DNA of 32,000 nt from Synechococcus sp. A15-28 (GCF_014280175.1 NZ_CP047931.1:1020001-1052000); one strand, 5' to 3'. Positions 1 to 10,482 are shown, counted from the first letter of the stretch. A program made the numbers and translations. The notes: a model not told the origin generated them from the letters alone.

Positions 1-179
1 GGGCGCAGGGCTTCGACGATCAGAGGTCCGATCGTGATATTGGGGACAAATCGTCCATCCATCACGTCCACATGGATCCAGTCCGCGCCGGCCTCATCCA
101 CAGACTTCACTTCATCGCCGAGACGGGAGAAATCAGCCGACAGGATCGACGGAGAGATCACCAGGGGCTTGGTGCTCAT
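1..179 (-). CDS. rpe: ribulose-phosphate 3-epimerase, N-terminal part (3' end lies outside the window)
   Basis: The reverse complement starts with ATG (cat at 177-179). It reads [59 protein letters not shown], the canonical Rpe N-terminus (SILSADF, HVDVMDG.FVPN). It is absent from the ORF track because it is truncated by the window edge. Confidence 0.88.
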   Translation of the reverse strand, partial: MSTKPLVISPSILSADFSRLGDEVKSVDEAGADWIHVDVMDGRFVPNITIGPLIVEALR

Positions 180-332
180 GGAGAAGGAGCGCGGAATGCG
201 CGGTGATTTTAGGGACCTCGGCAACCACTGATACAGTGAGCCGCGCTCAGGCGTCGAGATCCATTGCGGCAAGGGCAGATTGCTCTCCCTGATGGAGTCG
301 CCAGCCCCCTTCACCCCACCATCCGGAGTCCC

Positions 333-1337
333 GTGGACCAGACCCTGATTCAGGAAATTCTCGAGGTCGTTGAGCAAGCTGCCATCGCCTCCGCCAAGCT
401 CTCCGGCAAAGGCCTTAAGAACGAAGCCGACGCCGCTGCAGTGGAAGCCATGCGCAAGCGCATGGGCCAGATCCAGATGCAGGGCCGCATCGTGATCGGT
501 GAAGGTGAGCGCGACGAAGCTCCGATGCTTTACATCGGTGAAGAAGTCGGCAGTGGCACTGGTCCAGGCGTTGACTTCGCCGTCGACCCCTGCGAAGGCA
601 CCAACCTCTGCGCCTTCAACCAGCGCGGTTCCATGGCTGTGCTCGCCGCGTCCGACCGCGGTGGTCTGTTCAACGCCCCCGACTTCTACATGAAGAAGCT
701 GGCCGCACCCCCGGCCGCCAAGGGCAAGGTGGACATCCGCAAGTCCGCCACCGAGAACATCAAGATCCTCAGCGAGTGCCTTGGCCTCGCTGTTGATGAA
801 CTGACCATCGTTGTGATGGATCGTGCCCGTCACAAGGATCTGATCGCTGAGATCCGCGCCACCGGTGCCCGCATCCAGCCGATCTCCGACGGTGACGTCC
901 AGGCTGCGATCGCCTGCGGCTTCGCCGGCACCGGAACCCATTGCCTGATGGGCATCGGCGCTGCTCCTGAGGGGGTGATTTCCGCTGCTGCCATGCGTGC
1001 TCTGGGCGGCCACTTCCAGGGTCAGCTGGTGTACGACCCTGCCGTGGCACAGACCTCTGAGTGGGCCGACATGACCAAGGAGGGCAACTTGGCTCGCCTG
1101 GCGGAAATGGGCATCACAGATCCCGACAAGGTTTATGAGGCCGAGGAGCTGGCCTGTGGTGAGCACGTTTGTTTCGCTGGCAGCGGCATCACGGATGGCC
1201 TGCTGTTCCACGGGGTTAAGTTCGAACGCGATTGCACGCGGACCAGCAGCCTGGTGATCAGCAACTTGGATGACACCTGCCGCTTCACCAACACCGTGCA
1301 CATCAAGGACGGCGCCCAGAGCATTGCTCTGAGCTGA
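333..1337 (+). CDS. glpX: class II fructose-1,6-/sedoheptulose-1,7-bisphosphatase (GlpX type)
   Basis: This is the ORF-track frame 264-1337. I place the start at the in-frame GTG at 333 ([27 protein letters not shown]...), giving 334 aa. The TTG-264 extension looks like non-homologous leader. It has the GlpX-type motif [12 protein letters not shown] and a [15 protein letters not shown] segment. Confidence 0.9.
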   Translation: MDQTLIQEILEVVEQAAIASAKLSGKGLKNEADAAAVEAMRKRMGQIQMQGRIVIGEGERDEAPMLYIGEEVGSGTGPGVDFAVDPCEGTNLCAFNQRGSMAVLAASDRGGLFNAPDFYMKKLAAPPAAKGKVDIRKSATENIKILSECLGLAVDELTIVVMDRARHKDLIAEIRATGARIQPISDGDVQAAIACGFAGTGTHCLMGIGAAPEGVISAAAMRALGGHFQGQLVYDPAVAQTSEWADMTKEGNLARLAEMGITDPDKVYEAEELACGEHVCFAGSGITDGLLFHGVKFERDCTRTSSLVISNLDDTCRFTNTVHIKDGAQSIALS

Positions 1338-1368
1338 TCGTCACGTTTCGGTTGAAAGGAGAGTCTCC

Positions 1369-2667
1369 ATGCACATTGCCGTTGTCGGCCTCAGTTATCG
1401 CACGGCACCGGTGGAGATCCGGGAACGGCTCAGCATCCCTGAGCAGACCATGGAGACCTCCCTTCAATCGCTTCGAGGTCACGAACAGGTGCTGGAGGCG
1501 TCGATCCTCAGCACCTGCAATCGCCTGGAGATCTATACCCTCGTCCGGAATCCCGATCTCGGTGTTTCTGCGGTCAGTGAATTCCTGAGCGGTCACTCCG
1601 GTCTCGCTACAGGAGATCTGACACCTCATCTCTTCAACTATCACCACGAAGACGCAGTCGATCACCTGATGCGGGTGGCCGCTGGTCTCGACAGCCTTGT
1701 GGTGGGTGAAGGCCAGATCCTCTCCCAGGTCAAGAAAATGATGCGCCTGGGGCAGGAGCACAAGTCCCTTGGCCCGATTCTCAACCGCCTGCTGACGCAG
1801 GCCGTCAGCACCGGAAAACGGGTGCGTAGTGAGACCAATCTCGGCACCGGTGCCGTGTCGATCAGTTCAGCTGCCGTGGAGCTGGCGCAGTTGAAACTCG
1901 GCCAGTCCCGCGGTCAGGATCAGTTGGTCACGCTGGAAAGCGAGCAGATCGCTGTCGTTGGAGCGGGGCGCATGAGTCGCCTGTTGCTGCAGCATCTGCA
2001 AGCGAAAGGAGCCTCCGGAGTGGTGTTGCTGAACCGCACGGTGCAACGGGCGGAGCTGCTGGCGGCTGACTTCCCCGATCTGCCGGTTCAGTGCCGCCCT
2101 CTGACTGACCTTGACCAGTGCCTGAGCACCTGCTCACTGGTCTTCACCAGCACGGCTGCAGACGACCCGATCATCGATGCCGCTCGATTGCAACCCCTGA
2201 ACCGCCGCAGCAAGCTGCGGCTAATCGACATCGGTGTGCCGCGAAATATCGCTGCCGATGCTGCCGCTGTGGATGGGGTCGACTCCCACGACGTGGATGA
2301 TCTTCAGGAGGTCGTGGCGCGCAACCAGGAGGCCCGTCAAGCCATGGCCCGCGAAGCTGAACAGCTCTTGCAGCAAGAGGCTCAGCAATTCCTTGAGTGG
2401 TGGGACAGCCTCGAAGCCGTTCCCACCATCAACCGCCTGCGCTCGTCGATGGAATCCATCCGCGTGGAGGAATTGCAGAAGGCCCTGAGCCGGATGGGGC
2501 CGGATTTTTCTGCGCGGGAGCGGAAGGTTGTCGAAGCCCTCAGCAAAGGCATCATCAACAAGATCCTGCATACCCCTGTCACCTCACTGCGGGCGCCCCA
2601 GGCCCGACAGGAGCGTCAGCAGGCTCTTCGCACCGTGGAACGCCTCTTTTCGCTGGGGGAGGACTGA
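1369..2667 (+). CDS. hemA: glutamyl-tRNA reductase
   Basis: 432 aa. The N-terminus is MHIAVVGLSYRTAPVEIRERLSI. The catalytic-Cys motif STCNRLEIY and a Rossmann segment IAVVGAGRMS are present. An AGGAG Shine-Dalgarno sits about 8 nt upstream of the ATG. Confidence 0.95.
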   Translation: MHIAVVGLSYRTAPVEIRERLSIPEQTMETSLQSLRGHEQVLEASILSTCNRLEIYTLVRNPDLGVSAVSEFLSGHSGLATGDLTPHLFNYHHEDAVDHLMRVAAGLDSLVVGEGQILSQVKKMMRLGQEHKSLGPILNRLLTQAVSTGKRVRSETNLGTGAVSISSAAVELAQLKLGQSRGQDQLVTLESEQIAVVGAGRMSRLLLQHLQAKGASGVVLLNRTVQRAELLAADFPDLPVQCRPLTDLDQCLSTCSLVFTSTAADDPIIDAARLQPLNRRSKLRLIDIGVPRNIAADAAAVDGVDSHDVDDLQEVVARNQEARQAMAREAEQLLQQEAQQFLEWWDSLEAVPTINRLRSSMESIRVEELQKALSRMGPDFSARERKVVEALSKGIINKILHTPVTSLRAPQARQERQQALRTVERLFSLGED

Positions 2668-2786
2668 GTTTCAGACCTCAGTCCCGTCTTGATTCGCACC
2701 AATCTCGTCTGATCTGTCGGAAAGGACGGTTGAACCTGGTGAAACTCCGGTAAGTTCTTGCGGCAACGCCGATCTGGGGTTACGGC

Positions 2787-4082
2787 ATGAAGCGGGTATT
2801 GGCCATCATTCTCGGCGGCGGGGCAGGGACTCGTCTCTATCCGCTCACCAAGATGCGTGCCAAGCCGGCAGTACCTCTGGCCGGTAAGTATCGACTCATT
2901 GATATTCCCATCAGCAACTGCATCAACTCGAACATCAACAAGATGTACGTGATGACGCAGTTCAACAGTGCGTCGCTGAATCGTCACCTCAGCCAGACCT
3001 ACAACCTCAGTAATTCCTTCGGCCAGGGTTTTGTTGAGGTGCTCGCAGCCCAGCAAACCCCTGACAGTCCATCCTGGTTTGAGGGCACTGCCGATGCCGT
3101 TCGTAAATACCAATGGTTGTTCCAGGAATGGGATGTTGATGAATATCTGATTCTTTCCGGAGACCAGCTGTACCGCATGGACTACAGCATGTTTGTTGAG
3201 CATCACCGCAGCACTGGCGCTGATCTCACCGTTGCGGCCCTTCCCGTTGATCCGAAGCAGGCTGAAGCCTTCGGCCTGATGCGCACAGATGACGAAGGCA
3301 ATATCAAGGAGTTCCGCGAAAAGCCCAAGGGTGATTCGTTGCTGGAGATGGCGGTGGATACCAGCCGTTTCGGGCTCAGCGCGGATTCAGCGAAAGAGCG
3401 GCCATACCTGGCCTCCATGGGCATTTACGTCTTCAGCAGAGACACCCTGTTCAATCTTCTCGACTCCAATCCTGGATACAAGGATTTCGGTAAGGAGGTC
3501 ATTCCGGAAGCCCTCAAGCGTGGTGACAAGCTCAAGAGCTACGTCTTTGATGATTATTGGGAGGACATCGGCACCATCGGCGCGTTCTATGAGGCCAACA
3601 TGGCTCTCACCCAGCAGCCAACACCGCCCTTCAGTTTCTACGACGAGAAGTTCCCGATCTACACCCGTCCCCGTTATCTCCCCCCGAGCAAGTTGGTCGA
3701 CGCTCAGATCACCAACTCGATTGTTGGAGAAGGCTCCATTCTCAAATCCTGCAGCATTCATCACTGCGTTCTCGGCGTCCGTAGCCGCATCGAAAGCGAT
3801 GTGGTTCTTCAGGACACTCTGTTGATGGGTGCTGACTTCTTTGAGTCCAGTGATGAGCGTGCTGTCCTTCGCGAACGTGGTGGTATTCCGGTCGGGGTGG
3901 GTCAAGGCACTACGGTGAAGCGAGCCATTCTTGATAAGAATGCGCGGATCGGATCCAACGTCACGATCGTCAACAAGGATCACGTCGACGAAGCTGATCG
4001 CTCCGACCAGGGTTTTTACATCCGCAACGGCATTGTCGTTGTCGTCAAGAACGCCACCATCCAGGACGGCACTGTGATCTGA
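2787..4082 (+). CDS. glgC: glucose-1-phosphate adenylyltransferase
   Basis: 431 aa. It has [23 protein letters not shown], and the rest of the sequence reads like GlgC throughout, including a left-handed beta-helix-type C-terminus. Confidence 0.95.
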   Translation: MKRVLAIILGGGAGTRLYPLTKMRAKPAVPLAGKYRLIDIPISNCINSNINKMYVMTQFNSASLNRHLSQTYNLSNSFGQGFVEVLAAQQTPDSPSWFEGTADAVRKYQWLFQEWDVDEYLILSGDQLYRMDYSMFVEHHRSTGADLTVAALPVDPKQAEAFGLMRTDDEGNIKEFREKPKGDSLLEMAVDTSRFGLSADSAKERPYLASMGIYVFSRDTLFNLLDSNPGYKDFGKEVIPEALKRGDKLKSYVFDDYWEDIGTIGAFYEANMALTQQPTPPFSFYDEKFPIYTRPRYLPPSKLVDAQITNSIVGEGSILKSCSIHHCVLGVRSRIESDVVLQDTLLMGADFFESSDERAVLRERGGIPVGVGQGTTVKRAILDKNARIGSNVTIVNKDHVDEADRSDQGFYIRNGIVVVVKNATIQDGTVI

Positions 4083-4215
4083 CGGATCTCGTTTTCTGTC
4101 GCTACGGCGACAGCGAGTGGATCCATCCCTCATTCCTGACAGAAGCTGTCGGAACTACAGCCGGATCCGACTTTGGTGCGCACACTGACGGCAGTCGTCA
4201 GTGGTCCCAAAGGCC

Positions 4216-5634
4216 ATGTCCCAGTCTCACTTTGGTCTGATCGGTCTCGGCGTGATGGGGGAGAACCTCGTCCTCAACGCCGAGCGCAATGGTTTCTCCA
4301 GCGTTGTTTACAACCGCACTTACGCCAAAACGGAGGAGTTCCTCAACGGTCGCGGCCAGGGCCGGAACATCCAGGGGGCCACGGATCTGGAGGATTTCGT
4401 CGGCAAGCTTGAGCGTCCTCGCCGGATCCTGATGATGGTCAAGGCAGGTCCGGCGGTGGATGCTGTTGTGGATCAGATTTCCCCGTACCTCGAGGAAGGT
4501 GATCTGCTGATTGATGGTGGCAATTCGGATTACCACGACACCGAGCGCCGGGTGAAGCAGCTCGAGAGCAAGAGCTTCGGCTTCATCGGCATGGGTGTGT
4601 CCGGTGGTGCCAAGGGTGCCCTGGAGGGACCGAGCATGATGCCGGGTGGCACGAAGGCTTCTTACGACGCCATCGAGAGCCTGGTGAACAAGATGGCGGC
4701 TCAGGTGGATGACGGCCCCTGCGTCACTTACATCGGTCCCGGTGGATCCGGTCACCTGGTGAAGACCGTCCACAACGGCATCGAGTACGGCATCGAGCAG
4801 ATCCTGGCCGAGGGCTACGACCTGATGAAGCGGGTCAAGGGCATGAACGGCGAGCAGATGGCTGATGTGCTGGCCCAGTGGAATGCCACCGAGGAGCTTT
4901 CCTCCTATCTGGTGGAGATCACGGAGGTTTGCCTGCGCACGAAGGATCCCGAAGACGGCGCGGATCTCGTGGAGAAAATCATGGATCAGGCCGGTCAGAA
5001 GGGCACGGGGCTCTGGACCGTGGTCACCGCACTGCAGATGGGTGCTTCCGTTCCAACCATTTATGCATCACTCAATGGTCGGGTGATGAGTTCACTCAAG
5101 CCTGAGCGGACGGCCGCCGAATCCATCCTCAAGGGTCCTGCCATCAAGGATTTCGATCTCGGTACTCCGGACGACGCCATGGCTCCCCTGATGGATGCCA
5201 CGGTGCTCAGCTGCATCGCCAGCTATGCCCAGGGCATGGAGCTGCTGCGCATCGCCTCCAGGGATCTGGACTACAGCCTGCACATGCCGTCCATCGCTCA
5301 GATCTGGAAGGGTGGCTGCATCATCCGCGCCCGTCTGCTTCAGCGGATTCAGGATGCCTTCGGTGCCAACCCCGAACTGACCAACCTGATGCTGGATCCC
5401 TGGTTCGCTGATCAGATCAACCGTCGTCTGCCCGGCCTGGCCAAGGTGGTGGCCGGCGCCGCTGAGTCCGGCATTCCCGTGCCCTGCTTCAGCAGCACCC
5501 TGGATTACATCAACAGCTACCGCACCGGTCGCCTGCCTCAGAACCTGGTGCAGGCCATGCGCGACTGCTTTGGCTCTCACACCTACCAGCGGGTGGACAA
5601 AGAGGGCACCTTCCATACCGAGTGGCTGGGTTGA
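4216..5634 (+). CDS. gnd: 6-phosphogluconate dehydrogenase (decarboxylating)
   Basis: This is the ORF-track frame 4201-5634. The first ATG is at 4216 (MSQSHFGLIGLGVMGENLVLN, the NADP-binding fold). The GMGVSGG and GHLVKTVHNGIEYG motifs are present. Confidence 0.95.
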   Translation: MSQSHFGLIGLGVMGENLVLNAERNGFSSVVYNRTYAKTEEFLNGRGQGRNIQGATDLEDFVGKLERPRRILMMVKAGPAVDAVVDQISPYLEEGDLLIDGGNSDYHDTERRVKQLESKSFGFIGMGVSGGAKGALEGPSMMPGGTKASYDAIESLVNKMAAQVDDGPCVTYIGPGGSGHLVKTVHNGIEYGIEQILAEGYDLMKRVKGMNGEQMADVLAQWNATEELSSYLVEITEVCLRTKDPEDGADLVEKIMDQAGQKGTGLWTVVTALQMGASVPTIYASLNGRVMSSLKPERTAAESILKGPAIKDFDLGTPDDAMAPLMDATVLSCIASYAQGMELLRIASRDLDYSLHMPSIAQIWKGGCIIRARLLQRIQDAFGANPELTNLMLDPWFADQINRRLPGLAKVVAGAAESGIPVPCFSSTLDYINSYRTGRLPQNLVQAMRDCFGSHTYQRVDKEGTFHTEWLG

Positions 5635-5644
5635 AGCAACGCTG

Positions 5645-6358
5645 ATGACCAACTACCGCATCGAGCGGGCCAGTGATGCTGATGCGCTGGCCCGCAGGGC
5701 GTCGGAAACCATTGCGGCTCAGATCAGCCTGGTGCTGGATCAGCGGGACCGCTGCCGCATTGCTCTCTCAGGGGGAAGTACCCCTGCCAAGGCCTATTCC
5801 CTTCTCGGTCAGGAACATCTCCCCTGGGATCGGGTTGATGTGTTTCTGGGCGATGAGCGCTGGGTGGCTGCCGACGATGACTCCAGCAATGCCCGCATGC
5901 TGCGACGCACCCTGCTGGCGGATGGACCTGGACGTGTCGCCAGCTTTCATGCAGTGCCCACTGTGGAGTTGGCGGATGCTGAGGCCAGTGCGGCGGCTTT
6001 TGGCGATCTGGTGTCTCAGCACTGCCCTGGTGAGCCGCCAGTGTTTGATCTGATGCTGCTTGGGCTCGGTGATGACGGCCACACCGCCTCTCTGTTCCCG
6101 GGAACTGAAGCGCCTACGGTCCGCGATTGCTGGGCGACCGTCGGCCGTGGAAAGGGGTTGGACCGCATCACCCTCACGGCACCGGTCCTCAGTGCAGCCA
6201 GGCAGGTGATCTTTCTGGTGAGTGGAGCGGGTAAGCAGGAGGCCCTGCGCAGACTGGTGGATCCCGACGAATCCTCCGATCGCACCCCCGCCCGTCTGGT
6301 GCAACCTGCTAGTGATGTCCTGATCCTTGCCGATCAGGATGCAACCGCCGGCCTCTGA
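5645..6358 (+). CDS. pgl: 6-phosphogluconolactonase
   Basis: This is the frame of ORF 5570-6358. The ATG at 5645 (MTNYRIERASDADAL...) lies just after the gnd stop. The LSGGSTP and LLGLGDDGHTASLFPG motifs are present. Confidence 0.9.
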   Translation: MTNYRIERASDADALARRASETIAAQISLVLDQRDRCRIALSGGSTPAKAYSLLGQEHLPWDRVDVFLGDERWVAADDDSSNARMLRRTLLADGPGRVASFHAVPTVELADAEASAAAFGDLVSQHCPGEPPVFDLMLLGLGDDGHTASLFPGTEAPTVRDCWATVGRGKGLDRITLTAPVLSAARQVIFLVSGAGKQEALRRLVDPDESSDRTPARLVQPASDVLILADQDATAGL

Positions 6359-6899
6359 GCAGACCATCGTCCAGGGCAGCGAATTCGCTGACTGGACCAG
6401 TCTCAATGACACGATCATGGGCGGGCGCAGCCGTGCCGGATGCCGCGCCACCCCTGAGGGTTTGCTGTTGGAAGGGGAGCTGATCGAAGCCGGTGGTGGC
6501 TTTGTCAGCTGCCGATCGCCTCGTCTGCAGCCCCCTCTCGATCTCTCACCGTTTTCAGTTCTGCAATTGGATGTGGAGGGGGAGGGACGAACCCTGAAGA
6601 TTGCCCTCGGTTGCCGTGATGGTGCCTTGGGGCTCACCGAGTTGATTCCAGGCGGGCTGCGCTGGGTGATCGATGTGCCGACTCAGGCGGCTGGAGTCAC
6701 CAGCGTGCGCATTCCGTTTGCGGACCTCCGGCCGACCGTCAGGGCGAAGCCCGTTGGACTACCCCTGCGCTTTGATGCCGCGGGGGTCACCCGGATCCAG
6801 GTGCTGCACTCCAAGTTCGGTGATGGCGGCGAACTCAATCCTGGATTTCGAGCCGGGGCGATCCGCCTGTTGATTCGCTCGATCCGGGCCATGCCCTGA
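6339..6899 (+). CDS. CIA30-domain (complex I intermediate-associated protein 30-like) protein
   Basis: This is the frame of ORF 6327-6899, with an ATG at 6339. W..LNDTIMGGRS is the typical N-terminal signature of the CIA30 family. The gene overlaps the pgl 3' end by about 20 nt. Confidence 0.7.
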   Translation: MQPPASEQTIVQGSEFADWTSLNDTIMGGRSRAGCRATPEGLLLEGELIEAGGGFVSCRSPRLQPPLDLSPFSVLQLDVEGEGRTLKIALGCRDGALGLTELIPGGLRWVIDVPTQAAGVTSVRIPFADLRPTVRAKPVGLPLRFDAAGVTRIQVLHSKFGDGGELNPGFRAGAIRLLIRSIRAMP

Positions 6900-6903
6900 A
6901 GCC

Positions 6904-7269
6904 ATGGATCTGTTGGTGCTTATTGCCAAGGCGGCGGATGTGTGTCTCAAGCCCTGGAGCCACGCTGTGGTGGCTGTGGATCCCTCGGCTCCCGCTGAGA
7001 TTGATGATCTGAATGTTCGGATCGAATGCCGCGATGGCGACGGCGTTCGCTGGTCAGAACGTGATCTTGACCTGGAGATTTACCGCAGCGGGCAGGAGAT
7101 CAACCTGATGCTCAGTTGGACGGAGCAGCCTGAACGGCCGATGCTCTGGCATGGCCGTCATCCCGTCTGGATGGATGGAACTTCGGGACAACGCACCTCA
7201 GCTCCGCAGGACGCGGCCCCGCTGGAAGCACTGGGCAGGCGGTTGCGTTCGCTGTTGCCTCACGACTGA
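6904..7269 (+). CDS. hypothetical protein (121 aa)
   Basis: This ORF follows the CIA30 gene by 4 nt on the same strand. Its composition is protein-like and I recognise no motif. Confidence 0.5.
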   Translation: MDLLVLIAKAADVCLKPWSHAVVAVDPSAPAEIDDLNVRIECRDGDGVRWSERDLDLEIYRSGQEINLMLSWTEQPERPMLWHGRHPVWMDGTSGQRTSAPQDAAPLEALGRRLRSLLPHD

Positions 7270-7270
7270 A

Positions 7271-8944
7271 TCAGTCGGGCTGGTCGGTGACCGCACCACG
7301 GCTGGAAGTGGAGACCAGGCGGGCGTATTTGCCAAGAATCCCCGTGCGGTAACGCGGTTCCGGTTTGGTCCAGGCCTCCCGACGTCGATTCAGCTCTGCT
7401 TCATCGACGTTCAGTTGCAGCAGCAGTTGATCGGCATCCACGGTGATGCTGTCCCCCTCCTGCACCAGGCCGATGGTTCCGCCGACGGCGGCTTCCGGTG
7501 CGACGTGGCCGACCACCAGTCCATAGGTGCCGCCACTGAAGCGCCCATCGGTGATCAGGGCCACCTTGTCGCCAAGGCCCTGGCCGACGATGGCGGAGGT
7601 GGGGGCCAGCATTTCGCGCATGCCGGGACCGCCGACGGGACCCTCATTGCGCACCACGACCACATCACCGGCATTGATCCGCTGATCAAGGATGGCCGCC
7701 AGACAGTCCTCCTCGCCTTCAAAGACGCGGGCGGGCCCGGTGAGCACCGGCGTCTTGACGCCGCTGATCTTGGCAACACTGCCCTCACGGGCCAGATTCC
7801 CCTTGAGGATCGCCAGGTGGCCTTTGGCGTAAAGAGGATTGCTCAGAGGCCTGATGACGTCCTGATCCGCTGGAGGCTGAGAGGGAACATCCGCCAGCAG
7901 GTCACGCAGGCTTTTCCCCTCAACCGTCCGGCAATCACCGTGCAGCAGCCCAGCATCGAGCAGCAGTTTCATCACCTGGGGGATGCCACCGGCGTTGTGC
8001 AGATCCACCGTCACGTAACGGCCGCTTGGTTTGAGGTCACAGATCACCGGCACCCGCTGACGAATCCGTTCGAAGTCATCGATGCTGAGGGACACACCCG
8101 CGGTGCGGGCGATCGCCAGCAGATGCAACACGGCATTGGTGGATCCACCCACCGCCATGATCACGCTGATGGCGTTCTCGAAGGCGTCGTTGGTGAGCAG
8201 ATCCAGCGGGCGGATGTTGGCCTTCACCGCATCCACCAACACTTCGGCGGATCGCGCTGCACTGTCGGCTTTCTCTTCGTCCTCCGCCGCCATCGTTGAG
8301 CTGTAGGGCAGGCTCAAGCCCATCGTTTCAATGGCGGCACTCATGGTGTTGGCGGTGAACATCCCGCCGCAACTGCCGGCCCCCGGACAGGCGTTCTTTT
8401 CCACAGCCGTGAGCTGTTCTTCGTCGATGTTGCCGCTGGTGAGCTGACCCACCGCCTCAAAGGCGCTGACCACGGTGAGGTCACAGCCGCCGAGTTTGCC
8501 CGGCTTGATCGTGCCGCCGTACACAAACACGGCGGGGATGTTCATCCGCGCCATCGCCAGCATGGCGCCGGGCATGTTCTTGTCGCAGCCACCTACCGCC
8601 AGAACTCCATCCATGCTCTGACCGTTGCAAGCGGTTTCGATGGCATCGGCGATCACCTCGCGGCTCACCAGGGAATACTTCATCCCCTCGGTGCCCATCG
8701 AAATGCCATCACTCACGGTGATGGTCCCGAACATCTGAGGCATGCCACCGGCCTGACGGGCCGCCTCTTCGGCCCGACGGGAGAGGTCGTTCAGCCCGAC
8801 ATTGCAGGGTGTGATCGTGCTGTAGCCATTGGCAATGCCGAGAATCGGCTTGCCGAAGTCGTCGTCACCGAATCCCACCGCACGGAGCATGGCGCGGTTG
8901 GGGGAACGCTGGATTCCTTGGGTAACGGCGTCGGAACGAAGCAT
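7271..8944 (-). CDS. ilvD: dihydroxy-acid dehydratase
   Basis: 557 aa. The sequence includes [34 protein letters not shown] and TDGRFSGGT. Confidence 0.96.
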   Translation of the reverse strand: MLRSDAVTQGIQRSPNRAMLRAVGFGDDDFGKPILGIANGYSTITPCNVGLNDLSRRAEEAARQAGGMPQMFGTITVSDGISMGTEGMKYSLVSREVIADAIETACNGQSMDGVLAVGGCDKNMPGAMLAMARMNIPAVFVYGGTIKPGKLGGCDLTVVSAFEAVGQLTSGNIDEEQLTAVEKNACPGAGSCGGMFTANTMSAAIETMGLSLPYSSTMAAEDEEKADSAARSAEVLVDAVKANIRPLDLLTNDAFENAISVIMAVGGSTNAVLHLLAIARTAGVSLSIDDFERIRQRVPVICDLKPSGRYVTVDLHNAGGIPQVMKLLLDAGLLHGDCRTVEGKSLRDLLADVPSQPPADQDVIRPLSNPLYAKGHLAILKGNLAREGSVAKISGVKTPVLTGPARVFEGEEDCLAAILDQRINAGDVVVVRNEGPVGGPGMREMLAPTSAIVGQGLGDKVALITDGRFSGGTYGLVVGHVAPEAAVGGTIGLVQEGDSITVDADQLLLQLNVDEAELNRRREAWTKPEPRYRTGILGKYARLVSTSSRGAVTDQPD

Positions 8945-8991
8945 GGGCCGGAGCTCTGGACCTGTGGCGATTCGGCCAACCTACCGAGCGC

Positions 8992-9270
8992 TCAGTCCTC
9001 CGATCCCAACCGCTCCAGCTGAGCGCGAACGCGGGCGATCTCGGTATTGAGTCGCTCCACCCGCTGTTCCAGCAGTCCGTTTTCACTGGGCTCGAGCACC
9101 TCCGAGCCGTCCTGGATCCGTGGGGCATAGAGCATCGCCCGCTGCCGCCCGATCCGGCTGCGGCGCTCCGCCTCATTGAGAAGCCACCAGGCCAGTCCAG
9201 CGGCTCCGATGACGGCGCCGGCCACCAGGGTGGTCAGGGTGCCTGAACCGGTTTCGTGCTGATGTCCCAT
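8992..9270 (-). CDS. small membrane-anchored coiled-coil protein (92 aa), function unknown
   Basis: It has one hydrophobic helix (LTTLVAGAVIGAAGLAWWLL). That is followed by a charged helical tail (LLEQRVERLNTEIARVRAQLERL). It lies 24 nt downstream of the upp-like gene on the same strand. Confidence 0.55.
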   Translation of the reverse strand: MGHQHETGSGTLTTLVAGAVIGAAGLAWWLLNEAERRSRIGRQRAMLYAPRIQDGSEVLEPSENGLLEQRVERLNTEIARVRAQLERLGSED

Positions 9271-9294
9271 TCACTGAACCTCCTCAGTCGGAAT

Positions 9295-9912
9295 CTAGTC
9301 ACGGCCTGCCGACCTGAACCGCAGTCGTTGCACTGGATCACCGATGCCGGGGACGATGCCTCCCTCCTGGGTGAGACTTTCATCAATGCAGGCGGTGTGA
9401 AGCGTCAGGTCTGGCATGGCCTCTCCCAGCAGCTTGAGGCCCGGGCTGGCGCAGAGCGCTGTGATCAGACGGATCCGCCGTCCATCAACCCCCTGATGCT
9501 GAAGCTGCTGCAGTGCCTTCAACACTCCCTCGCCGTGACTGACCTGATCGACGAACAGAATCACGCCGGTGTTGGCTGCAATGTCGTCAGGGACGCCATC
9601 CAGGCAAAGGGCGGCATCGGGAAGCACCTGGCGGCCTCCCTGCCAGAGCTCCAGTCCTGCAGGAAGGATCGGTAACGCCAGCAGGGGGATGCCCGCTTCC
9701 ACCACGGTGGCCTCCACCTCCCCGTGCTCCGTCGGGATGCGTTCCTGGCGGTGCGGCAACCAGTCCCTCAGGGCCTCGTAGGTGAGCCAGCGACCCAGTT
9801 CCTGCATGGCCGTGGCGTACAGGGCTGATGGTGTTTCTTGATGGCGGAGCATCGCCAGCCAATGTCCGATCAGGGGATGGGGTGGTACCACCACCCGCAG
9901 ACTCATGGCCAT
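9295..9912 (-). CDS. uracil phosphoribosyltransferase homologue with a divergent PRPP-binding loop
   Basis: 205 aa and colinear with Upp: HPLIGHWLAMLR...LGRWLTYEA...PILPAGL...ACIDESLTQEGGIVPGIGD. Where Upp has VDPMLATGGS, this protein has VDQVSHGEGV. Confidence 0.75.
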   Translation of the reverse strand: MAMSLRVVVPPHPLIGHWLAMLRHQETPSALYATAMQELGRWLTYEALRDWLPHRQERIPTEHGEVEATVVEAGIPLLALPILPAGLELWQGGRQVLPDAALCLDGVPDDIAANTGVILFVDQVSHGEGVLKALQQLQHQGVDGRRIRLITALCASPGLKLLGEAMPDLTLHTACIDESLTQEGGIVPGIGDPVQRLRFRSAGRD

Positions 9913-9967
9913 CTCGCGTCGCTCCGCTGGCAGTTGCCATAACGTGAGCGCTCAAATTACCGGTCCC

Positions 9968-10477
9968 ATGCGCGCCTTTCTCCGTCCAGCCTCCCTGGTG
10001 GCGGCGATTCTCATGGTGATCTGCACCCTGTTCTGGAATGACCCTGTACAGGCGATCACGGCTCCTGAACTGCGGGGACAGCGTGCGGTGCAGGAGATCA
10101 CGGCGGATATGCACGGTCTCGACCTCAAGGAAAAGGAATTCCTCAAGGCCGATCTGCGGGACGTCAACCTCAGCGACACGGACCTGCGCGGGGCCGTCAT
10201 CAACACCTCCCAGCTGCAGGGTGCTGACCTTCGCGGTGCAGATCTGTCCAATATCGTGGGATTCGCCAGTCGTTTCGACGGTGCCGATCTCAGAGGAGCG
10301 ACCTTCACCAACGCGATGCTGATGCAGAGCCGCTTCGCCGATGCCCGCATCGAGGGAGCTGATTTCACCGATGCCGTGCTGGATCTTCCTCAGCAGAAAC
10401 TGCTTTGTGCAACGGCCGCCGGCACCCACCCCGACAGTGGCGTCTCGACCCGTGAGAGCCTGGGCTGTCGCCCTTGA
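9968..10477 (+). CDS. pentapeptide-repeat protein with an N-terminal targeting/anchor sequence (lumenal type)
   Basis: This is the frame of ORF 9905-10477. I prefer the ATG at 9968 (MRAFLRPASLVAAILMVICTLF...), which gives a hydrophobic N-terminus. Tandem pentapeptide repeats are present: ADLRDVNLSDTDLRGAVINTSQLQGADLRGADLSNI...GADLRGATFTNAMLMQSRFADARIEGADFTDAVL. Confidence 0.85.
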   Translation: MRAFLRPASLVAAILMVICTLFWNDPVQAITAPELRGQRAVQEITADMHGLDLKEKEFLKADLRDVNLSDTDLRGAVINTSQLQGADLRGADLSNIVGFASRFDGADLRGATFTNAMLMQSRFADARIEGADFTDAVLDLPQQKLLCATAAGTHPDSGVSTRESLGCRP

Positions 10478-10482
10478 GTGCC

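Noticed and set aside
34-231. A 65-aa plus-strand ORF at the window start.
   Set aside because: It is antisense to the clearly recognisable rpe N-terminus.
5768-6637. A 289-aa minus-strand ORF. Similar long antisense ORFs occur at 9587-10429, 27029-27739 and 28568-29137.
   Set aside because: Each is antisense to a gene with recognisable family motifs (pgl/CIA30, the pentapeptide protein, rsmE, DUF92). Their translations are Arg/Gly/Pro-rich with no motifs.
7263-7277. A 15-bp palindrome, CGACTGAATCAGTCG, containing the stop codons of both convergent genes.
   Set aside because: The loop would be only 1-3 nt and there is no U-tract, so it is not a credible intrinsic terminator. I note it only as part of the convergent-gene observation.
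7151-8299. A 382-aa plus-strand ORF.
   Set aside because: It lies entirely antisense to the unmistakable ilvD gene. Its Gly/Ala/Arg/His-rich composition is typical of antisense frames in high-GC DNA.
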